DNA of 54,973 bases from Planctomycetota bacterium. Lineage in GTDB: Bacteria > Planctomycetota > PLA2 > JAEUHO01. This document shows positions 39,752 through 52,700 of the stretch, piece by piece. The stretch lies in the NCBI GenBank assembly GCA_050248855.1, contig JBFWRP010000031.1, positions 1 through 54,973 on the forward strand, in the 5' to 3' direction. Under the pieces are notes generated by a model. It was not told the origin of the DNA. It was given only the letters and a program-made list of their open reading frames with translations, and did no database searches. The position numbers and the translations under genes were made by a program. The first letter of the stretch is position 1; every line of letters starts with the position of its first letter.

Positions 39752-40809
39752 GCAGGTGGCCGGCTCCGACGCGTCTGGTCGTGTGGCTGCCGGCCTCGCT
39801 CGGTGATGCCGTGCACGCCACGCCGGCCCTGGAGGCACTGCGTGAGGCGCTCCCGCACACCTCCATCGTGTGGGCGGGCCGGCGGGCGCCGCACGAGGCG
39901 CTGGCGGGCCTGGACGCACGCCATGCCGTCCTGCCGCTGGAGGGCCCGCCACGGCGGGGCCCGGCGGCGGCCCACGGTGCGGCGCGCCTCCTGCGTCGCG
40001 TGGGCGCAGACGCGATCGTGCTCTTCGAGGATGCCGTCGGCGCCGCCGCGGCCGCGCGAGGCGCGGGCATCCCGCGACGCACGGGGACCGCGCTGACGTG
40101 GGCGCGGCGACGCTTGGTCAACGACGCCGTCGACGTACCCGCCGAGGCGGGCCGTCTCCTGCCGCGCGCGCGGGCGCAACACTTCCTGGACCTCGTGCGC
40201 CCGTTCGGCGTGACGGACCCCGAGCCGCGCGCCCCGCGCGTCGTGGTCGAGGCATTCGATGCGGAACGCGCAGCGCGCCGCCTGGCAGGCTGCGGCCTCG
40301 ACGCCGGCGCGGGCTGGCTGGTCGTGGCGCCGGGCGCCACTGGGCTGGCCACGGCGCGCATGCCCGCCGCCCGCTTGGCGGACGCCGTGCGGGCGGTGCG
40401 GGCGACGCACGGCCTCGTGCCCGTGGTCGCGGTGGGCCCCGGGGAGGAGGTCGAGGGCCGGGATCTCGCGGAGGCGATCGCCGCGCCGTGCGTGGACCTC
40501 TCCGCGCGACCGCCCGACGTGGGCGAGCTCAAGGGACTCCTGCAGCGCGCTCGACTGGTACTTGCGGCAGACGCGGGACCGCGACGCCTGGCCGAGGCCT
40601 TGGGCGTGCCGACCGTCGTGTTCGCGGGGCCGACGGACCTCGTGCTGATGGGGCCGAGCCGGGCCACCCTCGTGCGTCGCGACGACCTCGGGTGCCTGGG
40701 CTGCCGGGCGGCGCCCTGTCCGCTCGAGCACCACGCCTGCCTTTCGGGTCTGGACCCCAGGCGCCTGGCCGATGCCGTCGGCGCCGCGCTCGATGCGTCC
40801 ACCTGCTGA
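39748..40809 (+). CDS. Glycosyltransferase family 9 (heptosyltransferase-like)
   Basis: LPASLGDAVHATPALEAL, VVAPGA, ADAGPRRLAEALGVPTVVFAGPT, CLGC...CPLEHHACL. Confidence 0.85.
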   Translation: MSRWPAPTRLVVWLPASLGDAVHATPALEALREALPHTSIVWAGRRAPHEALAGLDARHAVLPLEGPPRRGPAAAHGAARLLRRVGADAIVLFEDAVGAAAAARGAGIPRRTGTALTWARRRLVNDAVDVPAEAGRLLPRARAQHFLDLVRPFGVTDPEPRAPRVVVEAFDAERAARRLAGCGLDAGAGWLVVAPGATGLATARMPAARLADAVRAVRATHGLVPVVAVGPGEEVEGRDLAEAIAAPCVDLSARPPDVGELKGLLQRARLVLAADAGPRRLAEALGVPTVVFAGPTDLVLMGPSRATLVRRDDLGCLGCRAAPCPLEHHACLSGLDPRRLADAVGAALDASTC

Positions 40810-40862
40810 CGGCGCACGGCCGGCGCGGGGACGGGGCCCGACCTACGGCTAGACTCCGGCCC

Positions 40863-41978
<1,116 letters not shown>

Positions 41979-42079
41979 CGGCCCTGGCGGGCTCCCGGCC
42001 CGGGCGCCGTCGCCATCGACCGGTTCTGCGCGCACGCGCGTACCTGCGCCGCTACGATGGCGGAAAGGAGGTTGCCGCG

Positions 42080-42970
42080 ATGCCCGCTTCCCGAATGTTG
42101 CGTCCCCTCGCCGCCGGAGCCCTGTTCGTGACCTGGGTGCTCGGGCTGGCGACCTCGCCCGCGTGCGCGGAAGAGGAGACGCCCACGGCCGCCTCGCATG
42201 CCGACGACGTCGTCAAGGAGGCCACGGCGCGCTTCGAGAAGGAGTACGACGAGGGCCCGCTCGACAAGCAGGTCACGATCCTGCGCTGGTACGGCATGCA
42301 TCGTCACCCGACCGTGCGCAAGAAGCTCGAGCGCCTCCTCGAGCGCGAGAAGAACCTCGAGCTGAAGATGTGGGCCGCTACGGGCCTGGGCAACCAGCTG
42401 TCCGACCCGAAGAACGCGCGCAAGGCGCTCGAGAGCGCGCTGAAGGACTTCAAGCGCTACGGCAGCCGCGAGGATCCCACGGACCCGGAGACGATCGCCG
42501 TCAACGAGGAAGAGGCGAAGGTGCTGATCGCCTGCATCGACGGCTTGCGCCAGCTCCATCCCTACGCCCCGCGTCGGCACAAGAACGATGGATGGGACGA
42601 CCTCGAGCCCATGATCGAGCACATGCACGATGACGTCGCGATCGCGATGTTCCACTACATCGGCGCCACCAAGGAGTACCGCGGCCTGCCCAAGATCCAG
42701 GAGTGGTTCAGCTTCTACCCCGACGGCACCTCCTGGGGCGGGGCCAGCGCCACGGTCGATACGGGCACCGCAGGCAACGCCGACGCCAAGGCCGCGCGCG
42801 CCAAGGTGATGCGTGCCATGGCGGGCCGCAAGAAGAAGGCCCGACCGGGCGCCTGGGAAGCCATGCAGAAGGCCGTCGAGCAGGTCACGGGCGTCCTCAT
42901 GGAGAACCCCGACCAGCTCAAGGCCTGGATGGACGAGAACAAGCAGCTCCTCGACCGCCACGGCGTGTAG
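42080..42970 (+). CDS. Secreted helical (HEAT-like) hypothetical protein, 296 aa
   Basis: AAGGAGG RBS, signal peptide, strong codon bias and helical K/E-rich sequence. Confidence 0.75.
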   Translation: MPASRMLRPLAAGALFVTWVLGLATSPACAEEETPTAASHADDVVKEATARFEKEYDEGPLDKQVTILRWYGMHRHPTVRKKLERLLEREKNLELKMWAATGLGNQLSDPKNARKALESALKDFKRYGSREDPTDPETIAVNEEEAKVLIACIDGLRQLHPYAPRRHKNDGWDDLEPMIEHMHDDVAIAMFHYIGATKEYRGLPKIQEWFSFYPDGTSWGGASATVDTGTAGNADAKAARAKVMRAMAGRKKKARPGAWEAMQKAVEQVTGVLMENPDQLKAWMDENKQLLDRHGV

Positions 42971-43250
42971 GTCGAGCGCAAAGGTGCCCGGCTCGCGTTT
43001 GCGCCGCTTGCGGCGCGGAACGCGCGCCAGCCGCCTTCGTGCTTCGCGGCTCCCCAGCACGGGTTCGGACCCCGCGCTGGGGCACCCGCCGCGCTACGTG
43101 GGCCGAGGATGGGTCGCGCGAACCCGGGGCGGCGTGGTCCGTGGTTGTTTGCTGCCCTTTTGCACCCGGCACCCCGGGCGGATTCCTAGCCTCGCGCTGG
43201 TCCGACGCGCGACCCCGTCCCCCGGTGCGCATCGGCCGGGAGGTCTTCCG

Positions 43251-46200
43251 ATGCCCAGCTCGCCGCACGGCATCGCGACGCGGTCGTGGTTTGCGTCGCT
43301 CGTCCTCGTCCTTCTCGCCTGCGCGCTGCTCGTGTCCTGGCCGGGCGCCGTCCCGGCCTGGTCCGACGACGAGCCCGCCGAGGAGCCGCCGCTCGAGGCC
43401 GACGACGTACCCGACGCGCCTCCCGCCGACGAAGCGCCTCCGCCCGCGCCCGCCGACGGTGCCGCCGAGCCGCGCCCGGAGATCCACAAGCTCTACGTGC
43501 CCTACCGCGAGCTGCAGCGCATCTTCGAGAAGGAGGGCGACGGCGTGTTCCTGCCGTATGCCGAGTTCCGCAAGCTCTGGGACAAGGCCCACGCGACACC
43601 GCCGGATCGCACGCGGCCGCCCGTCGCCTACGCCTTGCGCGCCGCCTCGTGGAAGGGCGAAGCCGACGGCGAGCGGCTGCGCCTGGAGGGCGCCATCGAG
43701 ATCGACGCCCTGCAGACGGGCTGGCAACGCATTCCGCTGACCATCGCCGGTCTGGGCGTCGAGAGCGCGCTGCTGGATGGCGAGCCGGCGCTCCTGTTGC
43801 CCCGCCAAGATGGCTACGACCTCGTCGTCTCGGGCTCCGGTGCACATCGCCTGGTGCTCGTGCTGCGGGGCGTCGCACCGGTCCACGGGGAAGCCCACGC
43901 CATCGCGTTCTCGCTGCCCGCCGTACCACTTGCCAAGCTCGAGCTGTCGGTCAGCGGCCGGGATGCGGAGATCAGCCTCAAGCCCGAGGTCGCTGCGACG
44001 TCGGGGCCGGGCGCCGATGGGCGCACCACGCTCACGGCGTGGCTCGGGCCCGTCGAGAAGCTCGAGCTCGGCTGGCGGCGCAAGCCCGAGGAGGGCCCCA
44101 CGGAGACGCCGCTCGTCTTCGCCGACGAGCAGCACCTCGTCACCGTGGACCGCGGTGTCGTGCGCACGACGGCGACCGTCCGGCTCACCGTGCACCGGGC
44201 GCCGCTGGCTCGCGTGCGTCTGGCCGTGCCGGCCGAGGCCGTGGTCGTCCAGGTGAGCGGGGAGCGCCTGCGTGGCTGGACCCGCACCGCGGACGGCATG
44301 GGGATCGACGTGGAGCTGCGCGAGCCCACGCGCGATCCCGTGGACCTGGTGATCGGCATCGAACGCGCCACGGCGGCGCCGCCCGTGGAGCTGGTCGCGC
44401 CCTGGGTGGCCGTCGATGGCGTCGAGCGCGAGCGTGGCTTCCTGCGGCTGGAAGCGGCCGAAGGCGTGCGGGCCGAGCCCCTGACGTCGGAGGGGCTCGT
44501 GGCCATCGACGCCAAGGACCTCCCCGCCCCCCTCGGGCAAGGCGCCCAGCCGGGGCGCACGCGCGCCTGGCGCTTCGCGGCGCGCCCCGCGGCGCCGCGG
44601 CTGTCGGTTACGGCGCTCGAGCCTCGCGTCGTCGTCACGGCCGGTCACCGCGTGGCGCTGGCGCCCGACGGCCTCGAGGGCCTCACCGCCCTGCAGGTCG
44701 ACGTGGATCGCGCGGGCATCTTCGGGCTCGACGTCCCCGTCCCGGTGGGCGTCGACGTCACGGATGTCCGTTCCAACGGCCCGGTGTTGGACGACTGGAA
44801 CGTGCGGGGTGAGGGCGAGGGGCGACGCTTGGTGATCGCGTTCCGCGACCGCTGGCTCGGGCGCGCCATGCTCGAGCTGCACGTGCGCTCCGTCTACGAC
44901 GTGCCCGAGGAGCAGGGCCAAGGCCTCGCCGTGAACGTGCCGCTGCTCGTCCCCTCGGGCATCGAGCACGCCCGCGGCTACGTGGTCGTGCATGCCGACC
45001 AGGCGCTGGACCGGCGCGTGCTCGACAAGACCGGCCTCGTGGTCTTGGACGAGGGCGTGGACGGCGTGCTGGAACCGCCGAGCTTCCAGGGCGACCGCGC
45101 GCGCCTGCCGCTCGTCCATCGCTTCGAGCACCGCGACGGTCCGCTGGCGCTGACCATCGACTTGGTGCGCAAGGCGCCCACCGTGACGTGCGCCGTGGAG
45201 ACGTTCGCCCGCCTCGAGCCCGATCGCACGCGCCAGGGCGTCACGCTGCGCTACTTCGTCTCCTACCGCGCCGTGGACACCTTCCGCTTCTCCGGCCCCT
45301 TGGCCTGGGGCGATCGCGTCCACCTCGAGCAGCCCGGCATGCAGCTGCTCGGGCCCGAGATCGAGCCCAAGCCGGCCGACGCGCCGGAGGGCTGGACGGC
45401 CACGCGAGGCATCTGGACCATCAAGCTGGTCGCTCCCCGCCTGCAGAACGTCGACGTGACGCTGCAGATCGACGACGAAGCGCAGCCGGCGCTGGCCAGC
45501 GGCGGGTCGCGCGACGTCGTGCTGCCGCGCTTCGTGCCCCTCGAAGTCGAGGGCCGACCGCTGCCCAACGTCGTGCACCACGTGGCCGTCCGTCGGGACC
45601 CGCTCCTCGAGGTGGAGGCTCGCGTTGCCGAAGGCGGCGAGGAGATCGACACGCGCGAGCTGCCGCCTGCGTTGCGCGCCGACGACAGCTTCCTGGCCTT
45701 CCGTTCCTACGCGCCGGAGCACCGGTTCGTGCTGGGCGTCACGCGCCACGACTACGAGCCCGTGGCCGAGGTCGTCGTCTCGCACATGCACCTCGAGTCC
45801 GTCGTGCCGGAGGAAGGCCGCGGCATCACCGAGGCCTACCTCGTCGTGCGCAGCAACGACCGCCAGTACTTGAGGCTCCGGCTGCCGGGGAACGCGGTGG
45901 TGCGGGCGGTACGCGTCGGCGGCCAGATCGAAGCACCGCGCGTGGATCCCGCCGACGAGGACGTCATCCTCGTGCCGCTGCTCACGGGCCTGCGCAAGGA
46001 CGAAGCCTTCGAAGTCGCGCTCGTGTACGAACACGACATCGCGCGCGGTGGCGGCCTGGGCCGCTCGGTGCACCTCACGTCGCCGGAGCCGCTGCAGGTC
46101 GATGCCGACTTGCTGACGTGGCACGTCTACCTGGCCGACGACGACCCCGTCATGTCGTTCGGCGGGTCCGTGCAGGCGGTGGATGCACCGACGTCGTGGG

Positions 46201-46715
46201 CCGCGCGCACCCTGGCGCGGCTGGGCGAGGGCTTCGTCCGCAGGCCCCAGGGCAAGGCCGTGCCCTGGCGTGGTCTGGTGGCCGGCTTCCAGAGCCCCTT
46301 TGCCACGCCCAAGACGAGCGTGCGCCATGCGTTCCAAGGGCGGGTGGGCACGGGCGACGTGCGCATCACGCGCATGGCGCCGGCGCTGCTCGTCGTGCTC
46401 AAGCTCGTGCTCGTGGTCCTCCTGGTCCTCGTCGTCCTCCTGGGGGCCCGCGCCCTGGCGCGTGCCGGCCAGGCGGTGGCACCGTGGTACGTGGGCCTGC
46501 TCCTCGTGCTGTTCCTGGCCCTCGTCCCCGCGGGGCCCGGCGCGGCATCGCTGCTCTCGAGCGCCTTGCTGGGCGCGGTGTTCGGCGGGGCCCTGCTGCT
46601 GCTCGCCCTCTTCTTCGCCGCGGGCCGCGCGCGCACCCAGGCAGCCGCGGCCGAGCCGCCTCCGGGCGATCCGCCGCCGCCCGACGCCCTGCCGGCGACC
46701 GAGGGAGGTGCGTGA
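43251..46715 (+). CDS. Large secreted protein with C-terminal TM anchor, repetitive beta-rich modules, 1154 aa
   Basis: GGAGG RBS, signal peptide, KLYVPY...GVFLPY module, about four ~180-aa repeats and three C-terminal hydrophobic helices. Confidence 0.8.
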   Translation: MPSSPHGIATRSWFASLVLVLLACALLVSWPGAVPAWSDDEPAEEPPLEADDVPDAPPADEAPPPAPADGAAEPRPEIHKLYVPYRELQRIFEKEGDGVFLPYAEFRKLWDKAHATPPDRTRPPVAYALRAASWKGEADGERLRLEGAIEIDALQTGWQRIPLTIAGLGVESALLDGEPALLLPRQDGYDLVVSGSGAHRLVLVLRGVAPVHGEAHAIAFSLPAVPLAKLELSVSGRDAEISLKPEVAATSGPGADGRTTLTAWLGPVEKLELGWRRKPEEGPTETPLVFADEQHLVTVDRGVVRTTATVRLTVHRAPLARVRLAVPAEAVVVQVSGERLRGWTRTADGMGIDVELREPTRDPVDLVIGIERATAAPPVELVAPWVAVDGVERERGFLRLEAAEGVRAEPLTSEGLVAIDAKDLPAPLGQGAQPGRTRAWRFAARPAAPRLSVTALEPRVVVTAGHRVALAPDGLEGLTALQVDVDRAGIFGLDVPVPVGVDVTDVRSNGPVLDDWNVRGEGEGRRLVIAFRDRWLGRAMLELHVRSVYDVPEEQGQGLAVNVPLLVPSGIEHARGYVVVHADQALDRRVLDKTGLVVLDEGVDGVLEPPSFQGDRARLPLVHRFEHRDGPLALTIDLVRKAPTVTCAVETFARLEPDRTRQGVTLRYFVSYRAVDTFRFSGPLAWGDRVHLEQPGMQLLGPEIEPKPADAPEGWTATRGIWTIKLVAPRLQNVDVTLQIDDEAQPALASGGSRDVVLPRFVPLEVEGRPLPNVVHHVAVRRDPLLEVEARVAEGGEEIDTRELPPALRADDSFLAFRSYAPEHRFVLGVTRHDYEPVAEVVVSHMHLESVVPEEGRGITEAYLVVRSNDRQYLRLRLPGNAVVRAVRVGGQIEAPRVDPADEDVILVPLLTGLRKDEAFEVALVYEHDIARGGGLGRSVHLTSPEPLQVDADLLTWHVYLADDDPVMSFGGSVQAVDAPTSWAARTLARLGEGFVRRPQGKAVPWRGLVAGFQSPFATPKTSVRHAFQGRVGTGDVRITRMAPALLVVLKLVLVVLLVLVVLLGARALARAGQAVAPWYVGLLLVLFLALVPAGPGAASLLSSALLGAVFGGALLLLALFFAAGRARTQAAAAEPPPGDPPPPDALPATEGGA

Positions 46716-49700
46716 TGGCGCGCCCGTACGCAACGCGGTGGTTGTCGAGCGCGCTCGCGCTGCTGCTCCTCGTCGCCTCCGGCGCGCACGCCGACGACAA
46801 GGCGCCGCCGGCGGCCGACGATCCCCTGGGTCCGATCGAGCGGGTGTTCGTCCCCGTCGACCAGCTCGACCTGCTGCTGCAGAGCCAGCGCGAGGGCATC
46901 GTGCTGGACCACGCGGCCTACCGTCGTCTGCTCGAGGCCGCGCGCGCGAAGGCACGCGCGGGCGAGGCGCCCGCTCCCGTCGATGGGACGTGGGTCGATG
47001 CCACGGCGACCGTCAACCTGCTCGGTGCGCGGCACGGCACCATCGAGGGCACCTGGACGGCCGTCGCGCTGAGGCCGGGAACGAGCCGCCTCCCGTTCCC
47101 CCTCCAGGGCGCGGTCCTCGAGAGCCTCGAAGGCGAGGGCGCGAGGCTGGAGCAGGCGTTCGGTCGCGCCGCCGTCGTATGGGACCAGCCCGGTCGTCAC
47201 ACGGTGAGCTTGCGGCTCTCGGCGCCGATCGGCAGCCGGGACGGCTCACGGACCTTCGTGGTCGACGTGCCCGCGGCGGCAGCGATGTCGTTCGATGTCC
47301 AGCTGCCGCCGGGGGTCGAGGGCGTGATCGAAGGGATGGCCGGTGCCCAACGCTTCACGACGCCGGCCGGCGCGCCGACCAGCGTGCGGGCGCGACCCAC
47401 GGCCCAAGGCCGCTTGGCCGTCACGTTCGCGGCGGCCGCAAAGGTGGCCGAGGGCCCGCCGATCCTCGATGCCCATGTCGTCGCGGCGCACCGCCTGGGC
47501 GACGGCCGTGACGAGCTGCGCATCGCGGCCGAGGTCGACGTCTACCGCACGGCCACGGACCGCATCACGCTCGACGTGCCCGAGGACCTGGCGCTGCTCG
47601 CGGTGGGTGGCGACGGCGTGGTTCGCCACGCACGCAGCGAGGACCGGCGGCAGCTGGTGCTCGAGCTGGCGGCGCCCAAGACGGGTCGCCTCGTGGTGAC
47701 GCTGCAGGGCGAGGTGCCCTTCGCGGCCGAGGGCCTGCGCGAGCTGCCCGCGGTGCATGTGGTGGACGCGCTCCGCGAGCGGGCGACGGTGGGTGTGGAC
47801 GTGGCCTCCGACGTGCGCGTGGACGACGTGCTCGTCCAGGACGGCCGGCGCCTACCCGCGGACAAGGGACAGACGGCCTTGCGCTTCGGCTTGGTGAGTG
47901 CCGCCGGCACCTTGCGCTTGGCGGTACGGCCGACGGCTACCGTGCTCGAGGCCGTCAGCACGCACTACCTCAACCTGACCGAGACCGGTCGCAGCCTGCT
48001 CGTCACCATCACCTACCGGGCCCTTGAAGGGACGGTGCATCGCTTGGCGCCCCGCGTCCCCGTGGGCTTCGAGGTGCGCCGCCTGGAAGTGAACGGCCGC
48101 ACGGACGGCTTCGTGCGCGACACACGCGCCGACGGCACGCTCGACATCACGTTGGCCGAGGGCCTGCGCGAAGGCCAGGAGCTGACGCTGAGTGCCCTGC
48201 TCGAGCGCGATGCTGCGGACTGGCTGCCCGACGACACGACGGTCGAGCTGCCCTTCAAGGTGCCGTCCGCCGGCGCCGACCGCGAAGAAGGTCTCGTGGG
48301 CATCGGCGCGGACGCCGCCTTCGAGGTGCGCGAGCGCGGACGCACGGACCTCGTGGCCGTGGGCGCCGCCGACCTGACCGAGCGCGGCGTGCGTGCGGAG
48401 GGCCTCGTGTTCGGCTACCGCATCGACGGCGCCGCGCCGGCGGTGACCTACGAGGTCGAGCGTCGCACGCCCGTGGTCGAGGCCGAGGTCGTGACCACGC
48501 TCTCGCCCTCCCCCCGGCGCCTGGACGTGCAAGCGATCGTCGTCCACGACGTCCGTCGCGCCGGCGTACGCACCTTCCGGGTGGACGTGCCCTCGTGGGC
48601 CGGCGACGAGGTGCGCTTCCAAGGCAGCTCCGTGCGCGGTCACGAGAAGCTGCCGATCAACGGGACACGGCCCGGCTACGACCGCTACGAGGTCACGCTG
48701 GGCCAGCGCGTCGTGGGGCGGCACAGCCTGGTCGTGCTCTACCACCGCGACACGGACGGCGAGAACTGGTCCGTGGAGGCGGACGTGCCGTTGCTCCCCG
48801 ACGTGCCCTTGGAGCGCGTCGAGCGCTACGTCGTCGTGCAGCGTGCCGAGGGGCTCGAAGTCAGGCTGCCGGGCGCCAGCATCGAGGGCGATGCGCGCAC
48901 GGTCGAAGCCTCGGATCTCCCGATCGAGGCGCCGGCCAGCCCGCTGGCGACGCTGGAGGTCCTGCATCTCGTCGAGCGGCGCGATGGGCTGGCGCTCGGC
49001 GTACAGCGCCACGACGGCGCGGCCGTGCTGGACGCCATCGGCGTGGAGGCTCGCCTCTGGACGGCCGTGGCGCGCGAAGGCGTGCTGCGCACACGCGCGC
49101 TCGTGGTGCTCAAGAACGCCGGGCGCCAGCAGGTGCCCGTCGAGCTGCCGCCGGGCAGCCACCTGATCGGCGCGCTCGTCGGCCCGCGACCCGGTGCGTT
49201 GGAACCGGTCAAGCCCCTGCGCTCCCGGCAGGGCGTGTTGTTGGTCCCGCTGAACGCCGCCGGCGGCGGCGTGGCGTGCATCGCGCTCACGTACGAGACG
49301 CGCGCCGATCGTCCCTTCGATGGTGAAGTCACCATACCGGCGCCCACGTTCCCCGGCCTCGAAGTCCTGCTGACCAGCCACGAGGTCGCGTTCGACGAGG
49401 ACATCGACGTGCGCTCGATGCAGGGCGACTTTGGCGTCTACGAGGCGCCGGCGAAGCGTTCGAGCCCGTGGATTGCCTCGCTGTTGCGTGGGCGAACGTG
49501 GGGTGCGGACTCGAAGGCTCCCTCGATCCGGAACTACTCCCCGTTCGAGTCGCCGGTCGACTTCGGCGGGCTGCCGCCTCGCGTGGTGACGACCAAGCCT
49601 GCGGATGACGGTGTCGGGGTGGGCAAGGGTGCGCCCCCGCCTGAGCCCCCCCTGCCGGAGGAGGTCGATGGCGTGATCGGGTTCGAGACTTTCTCCGACG

Positions 49701-52700
49701 ACGAGACGTTCGGTCAGTCCGACGCCCCGTTCCAAGGCCCCGCCGCGACCCCTGCGCCGCGCCCCGGCTCCGGGCCGGACCGTTCGGGCACGCGCGAGTC
49801 CAACGACCCGATGTCGCCGCCGCCCCCGCCGTCGTCGGAGCCGCCGGTCACCGCGGACAGTGGTGTGGCGGCCCGTCCGCCGGGCGGTGCGCAGCCGGCC
49901 GCCGATCCCGACTTCCCGGCGGGCCCCGGCGAAGGGGGCTTTCGCCGCGGCGACGGAGGTCGTGCGGGCGCTGCAGCGACGGGCCCGCGCCGACGCGGTC
50001 TGCTCTCGCTCGACGTGCCGGTCGTGCTCGGACCCCGGCGCGTGCGCGGCGAGCGGCTCGGGCAGGGCGGAGCGCTCGTGATCCGCTACGCCAGCCCGAC
50101 GGCGCACGTGCGAAGCGAGCGCTTGGCGTTCGGCCTCGTGACGGCGCTTGGCGCCCTGTTGGCCTGGGGCTCCCGCCGCCGCCGCTGGACGGTGGTGATC
50201 GGGTTGCTCGCCGCCGCGCTGGTCGTGCACCTCGTGCTGGGCCCATCGGCCTCGGCCTGGGCGAGCGCGGCGGTCGACGCGGCCACGTTGCTCGTGGGCG
50301 TCTTCGCCGTGCGCGCGTTGCTTGGTTGGTTGCGCGGACGTGCGGCGGCCAAGGCCGCGCCCGTCGCGGCGGCCGTGTTGCTCGCCGCCATGGCGCTCGG
50401 CGCGACCGCGGCTCCGGCGCGCGCCGACGAGCCGGAGGCGGACACGTCGGTTGCCCCGGAGGACGTCGTCGAGCCGCGGCGTGTCTACGTGCCCTACGAC
50501 CCCGACGCCAAGGAGCTGCCCGAGGACCCGAGCCGCGTGTTCTTGCCGCTCTCCACGTGGCGCCACCTGTTCCGCATCGCGCACCCTGGCGAGGACCCCG
50601 AGCTCGTGCGCACGGGGCAGCGTCTGGCCGCCGAAGGCGTGGCGTGGCGTTTGGTCGTGCACGAGGACGCTGTCGTCGGCACCTTGCGCATCGACGTCGT
50701 GAAGGACGGGGAGGCGCCGAGCGCGCTGCAGCTGGGCTTGGGCGGCGCCGCGCTCGAGCAGGCCCGGCTCGATGGCACCGAGGTCCGTGTGGCGTTGATC
50801 GAGGGCGCCTACCGCGTCGAGATCGATGAGCCCGGTCGCCACGTGCTGGAGATGGACGTGCGCCTGCCCCTGGTCTCGCTGCCCGATGGCGAGCGACAGT
50901 TCTCCTTCCGCGGGGTGCCGTTCCCGAACGCCACGTTGGACCTCTCATTGGTCGACGACTTCCGCGGCGAGGTCCTCGTGGACGGCATTGCCCGCGTCGA
51001 TCCCGGTACCTCGACCGCGCCCGGTGTCAGCTACCGCGTCTGGCTGGGCCGCACCTCGCGCGTGCGCGTGCGCCTCGTGCCCCCCCGCGGCGAGACCCTG
51101 CCCGCCGACGTGCGGGCGCGCGCCACGACCCGCACGGTGCACAGCCTGCGCGACGGCGGCACGGAGACCGACGTCGCGTTGCGCCTCGAGATCTTGGAGG
51201 GAGCAGCGCCGTTCGCCGACCTCACGCTGCCGCCGGGCTGTCGCGTGCTCGAGGCCAGCGGCGCCGCCGTGACCCGCTGGGAGACGCTGGAACGTCAGGG
51301 CGAGGGGCGCGTCGTGCGCCTCGTTTTCGACCAGCCCCGACGCGGCCGGGTGGACGCGACCGTGCGCATCGTGTGCCCCGCGTCCGCCGACGAGCGCGAC
51401 GAGGTGCTTCCCGCCCCGCGCATCCTCGATGTCACGAGCGAGTCCGGCGAGGTCGTGGTGAACGCCCCGCCGCATCGCAAGGCCGAGATCCTGGAAGAGC
51501 AGGGTCTCTACCGCATCGAGCGCCCGCGCGATCCCCGGGCCTGTGGCTTCGACAACAGCGGCGTGGTCGTGCGCGCGTGGCGCTTCAGCCAGCGGCCCAC
51601 CCGCTTGGCCGTGCGGCTGCGTGCCGCCGAGCGCCGTGTCGACCTGCGCGAGACGACGCGCGTGGTCGTTGGCGACGACGCCGTGCGCACGTGGATGGAC
51701 GTGCAGGTGAGCGTCGTGGGCGCGCCGACCGGCGATCTGGTCTTCGGGCTGCCCGGCGAGGACGACGTTCGGCACGTGGGCGGACCCCACGTGCGGCATT
51801 GGTGGCTGGCCGGCGCTGGCGCCGACCGCAAGCTCTTCGTGCGCCTTGGTGACCTGCACGCCGGCGACCTGGGCCTCGGTCTCGTGCTCGAGACGCGTCT
51901 GGCCGGGCGGCTGGACGCCATCGCCGTCCCGCGTCTCCTGCTACCCGGCGTGCGCGAGGAATCGGGGCGACTCCTGCTCTACGCACGACCCGACGTGGAG
52001 CCGGTCGTGGGCAGCCTGCCCGGGCTCAAGGCCGTGGCGCTGGGCCAGGTCGACGCGGCGGCGGCGCCGGTTCCCGGCGCGCGCCTGACGCACGCCTTCG
52101 TCCGCGAGCGCGCGCTCTCGACATCGTTGCCGCTCGTCCTCAGGCGGCCCGAAGCCAGCGCGGAGGCCACCGTCGTGACGCTGGTCGCGCCAGGCGAGCG
52201 CGAGCACCGCCTGGAGCAGCTCGTCCTCGTGGAGGTCCTGCGCGGCGCGGTCGATGCCGTACAGGTCTTCGTGCCCGACGGCGGGGCAGCGGGCACCGAG
52301 GAAGTGCGCGCGCGGGACCTGCGCGAGGTGCGCCGCCGCGCCGTGTCGCGCGCGGGCGCCGACGGACGCGACGTGGACGGCACGCTCTACGACGTGGTGT
52401 TCCAGTCGCCGCGCACCGGCCTCGTGGCGGTCACGTTCTCCAGCAACCAGGCGGCGGGTCGCCCCGTGCGCCCCGTGCGCCCGGAAGGCACTGCGGCCGT
52501 TCGCTGGTTCTCGATGGTGCGCACGTGGACGGACGGCCAGGTCACCGCAGGTGTGGTCGCGGGCCATGCCGACGAGGCAGCCTGGGCGGACCTGCCCTTC
52601 GTGCCGGCCAGCATGCCGCGCGAGGCCGTGCTCGAGGCGTGGGTGGGGCGTGCGCCGTATGCGCTGTCCGTCGCGACCACGCGCCATCGCCTGGGGGCGC

